Positions 62,013 through 64,000 of a DNA stretch of 64,000 nt are shown in pieces. Where the stretch lies: positions 12,118-76,117 of the forward strand of contig CAUTFW010000005.1 of assembly GCA_963537955.1 (NCBI GenBank), given 5' to 3'. The notes under the pieces were generated by a model. The model saw nothing but the letters and a program-made list of their open reading frames with translations. It did not search any database and had not been told where the DNA came from. The number at the start of each line of letters is the position of its first letter. The stretch's first letter is position 1. The position numbers were made by a program, and so were the translations under genes. The DNA is from Haemophilus parainfluenzae (GTDB lineage: Bacteria > Pseudomonadota > Gammaproteobacteria > Enterobacterales > Pasteurellaceae).

Positions 62013-62678
62013 CTATAACAGATTATGTTCTGCAAAAGAATAACAAGTGCCTTTGCCGACAATAAAATGATCTAAAATGCGAATATCCATTAACTCAGCA
62101 GCCTCGATAATTTTTTGTGTGATCATTTTGTCAGAATAGCTTGGTTCTGCCAGACCAGAAGGGTGGTTGTGAGCCAAAATTAAGGCAGCTGCATTGCAGT
62201 AAAGGCTTTCTTTAATGATTTCACGTGGATAAACATTCGTCACATTAATTGTGCCTAAAAATAACCGCTCTTTTTTAATCAAACGATGTTGATTATCTAA
62301 AAATAACACCATAAAAATTTCACGTTCTTCGTGATGAAGCTCTGCTTGAAGATAAAGTTTTACCGTGGATGTGTCGCTAAATACATGTTCTATCAGCAAT
62401 TCTTGTTTGAGATAGCGTTTGGTCATTTCTGTGGTGGCTTGTAGTTGAATAAACTGCGTAATGCCTAATCCTTTTACTTTGCAAAAGGCTTCTTTATCAG
62501 CACTTAATAAGGCTCGAAGGGATCCAAAATGTTGCAGCACGCTATGTGATAATTCCATGACAGGGCAGCCTTTAATCCCTGTACGTAAGAAAATAGCGAG
62601 TAGTTCGTGATCCTCTAGGGCTTCAACGCCATATTTCAACAGTTTTTCACGAGGCATTAAAGAAGAGTTTGTCTGCAT
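62013..62678 (-). CDS. radC: RadC/YicR family JAMM-motif protein
   Basis: N-terminal HhH region and C-terminal HNHPSG...SxxD JAMM motif. Confidence 0.9.
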   Translation of the reverse strand: MQTNSSLMPREKLLKYGVEALEDHELLAIFLRTGIKGCPVMELSHSVLQHFGSLRALLSADKEAFCKVKGLGITQFIQLQATTEMTKRYLKQELLIEHVFSDTSTVKLYLQAELHHEEREIFMVLFLDNQHRLIKKERLFLGTINVTNVYPREIIKESLYCNAAALILAHNHPSGLAEPSYSDKMITQKIIEAAELMDIRILDHFIVGKGTCYSFAEHNLL

Positions 62679-62750
62679 ATTAATTAATGAAAAGAAAAAG
62701 TGCGGTCAATTTTCATGATGTTTTCAATCTTTGCGAGAAATCAGTTTTGT

Positions 62751-62772
62751 TTTTGGTATAGCGATCGCAAAA
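62751..62772. promoter_or_regulatory. candidate CRP-S-like operator in the radC-coaBC divergent region
   Basis: TTTTGGTATAGCGATCGCAAAA: the right half TCGCA is CRP-S type and the left half TGGTA is degenerate. About 80 bp upstream of radC, a competence-regulon member in H. influenzae. Confidence 0.45.
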
Positions 62773-62878
62773 ATAAAATTTTTTATTGGTGAAATTTGAA
62801 GTAAAATAGGCGATCTTAAGTTGTTAAGTACTAACACACAAAACATATCCATTCTATTAAGTCGTAGCGGAGTAGCAA

Positions 62879-64000
62879 ATGAGCTTGAGCGGAAAGCGTA
62901 TTGTTGTCGGGATTACAGGGGGCATAGCCGCCTATAAAACCATTGAGTTTATTCGTTTATTACGCAAATCTAACGCAGAAGTTCGAGTCGCTTTAACACC
63001 TGCTGCCGCTGAATTTGTCACCCCTTTAACGTTACAAGCCATTTCAGGCAATGCGGTTTCTCAATCTTTACTTGATCCTCAAGCCGAATTAGCCATGGGG
63101 CATATTGAGCTGGCCAAATGGGCTGATGCGATTGTGATTGCACCAGCTAGTGCCGATTTTATTGCGCGTTTAACTGTTGGAATGGCAAATGATTTACTTA
63201 GCACGATTTGTCTTGCGACAAGTGCGCCTATTTTGCTCGCACCGGCTATGAATCAGCAAATGTACCGTCAGGCTATTACACAACAAAATTTAACCGCCCT
63301 TTCTGCGCGAGGTGTTAATTTTGTTGGACCAAATAGTGGTTTTCAAGCTTGTGGCGATGTGGGCGCAGGGAGAATGTCTGAACCTGCTGAAATTTTTGAA
63401 TCGCTTCAATCACTTTTTGCTGTTTACCAAGATTTAGCTGATTTAAGTGTCGCTATTACAGCAGGACCGACACGTGAAGCTATCGATCCTGTTCGTTATA
63501 TTTCTAATCACAGCTCGGGCAAAATGGGCTTTGCGATTGCCGAGGCCTTTGCAAAACGTGGGGCAAATGTCACCTTAATTGCGGGACCTGTTAATTTGGC
63601 TACGCCGAAAAATGTTCATCGTATTGATGTGACAACCGCCCATGAAATGTGGCAAGCCTCCCTTGAAAGTGCGGTCAAAAATCGTATTTTTATTGGCTGT
63701 GCCGCAGTAGCTGATTATCGAGTTGCGGAAGTTGCCGAGCAAAAAATTAAGAAAACCAATGATAACGATGAGCTTTCCCTTAAATTGGTGAAGAATCCAG
63801 ACATTATCGCAAGTGTGGCAAGTTTAGAAAAAAATCGTCCATTTGTTGTGGGCTTTGCAGCTGAAACACAAAATGTTGCTGAATATGCGAAGAGCAAACT
63901 TCAACGTAAAAATTTAGATATGATTTGTGCCAATGATGTATCGGGTGGGCAAGTATTCGGACAAGATCAAAATTCCTTGCAGATCTTTTGGAAAACAGGC
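62879..64000 (+). CDS. coaBC: bifunctional phosphopantothenoylcysteine decarboxylase / phosphopantothenate-cysteine ligase, 3'-truncated by the window edge
   Basis: Not in the ORF track because no stop falls in the window. ATG 62879, in frame to nt 64000 (374 codons). [21 protein letters not shown] flavoprotein N-terminus, PAMNQQMY, and CoaB region [10 protein letters not shown]. Confidence 0.93.
   Translation, partial: MSLSGKRIVVGITGGIAAYKTIEFIRLLRKSNAEVRVALTPAAAEFVTPLTLQAISGNAVSQSLLDPQAELAMGHIELAKWADAIVIAPASADFIARLTVGMANDLLSTICLATSAPILLAPAMNQQMYRQAITQQNLTALSARGVNFVGPNSGFQACGDVGAGRMSEPAEIFESLQSLFAVYQDLADLSVAITAGPTREAIDPVRYISNHSSGKMGFAIAEAFAKRGANVTLIAGPVNLATPKNVHRIDVTTAHEMWQASLESAVKNRIFIGCAAVADYRVAEVAEQKIKKTNDNDELSLKLVKNPDIIASVASLEKNRPFVVGFAAETQNVAEYAKSKLQRKNLDMICANDVSGGQVFGQDQNSLQIFWKTG

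Overview
This 64-kb window looks like chromosomal DNA from a Pasteurellaceae bacterium close to Haemophilus or Aggregatibacter. The main evidence is at least 47 exact copies of the Hin-type DNA uptake signal sequence (USS) AAGTGCGGT, and a PilA prepilin very similar to my memory of H. influenzae PilA. Almost all of it is densely packed core genes. These include lipA-lipB-ybeD-dacA-rlpA-rodA-mrdA-rlmH-rsfS, mreBCD, rhlB, coaE-yacG, the competence type IV pilus operon pilABCD and ampD. Further along are rppH-lgt-thyA-tadA, ung, grcA, lepA-lepB-rnc-era, alaA, menF-menD-menH and an MFS transporter. The window ends with the complete nitrite-reductase locus nrfABCD plus nrfE-dsbE-nrfFG, then mutM, rpmBG, radC and a 3'-truncated coaBC. 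I saw no tRNA or rRNA genes, CRISPR arrays, IS elements or prophage. Five things stand out. (1) The 484-bp ampD-rppH gap holds a dense cluster of DnaA boxes. It does not look like oriC and may be a DARS2-like or datA-like DnaA-binding locus. (2) A three-gene lipid cassette follows era: a YnbA-like CDP-alcohol phosphatidyltransferase, a PlsC-like acyltransferase and a CdsA/YnbB-like cytidylyltransferase. Its product is unknown. (3) A 2256-aa trimeric autotransporter adhesin carries recent internal repeats and is bracketed by same-orientation extended USS. (4) CRP-S competence operators lie upstream of pilA (perfect match) and radC (half match). (5) An uncharacterised HI0933-family flavoprotein is tightly coupled to the Nrf haem-lyase genes. 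Several ORF-track starts were trimmed to better-supported start codons. Two genes missing from the track (rpmG, coaBC) were added.
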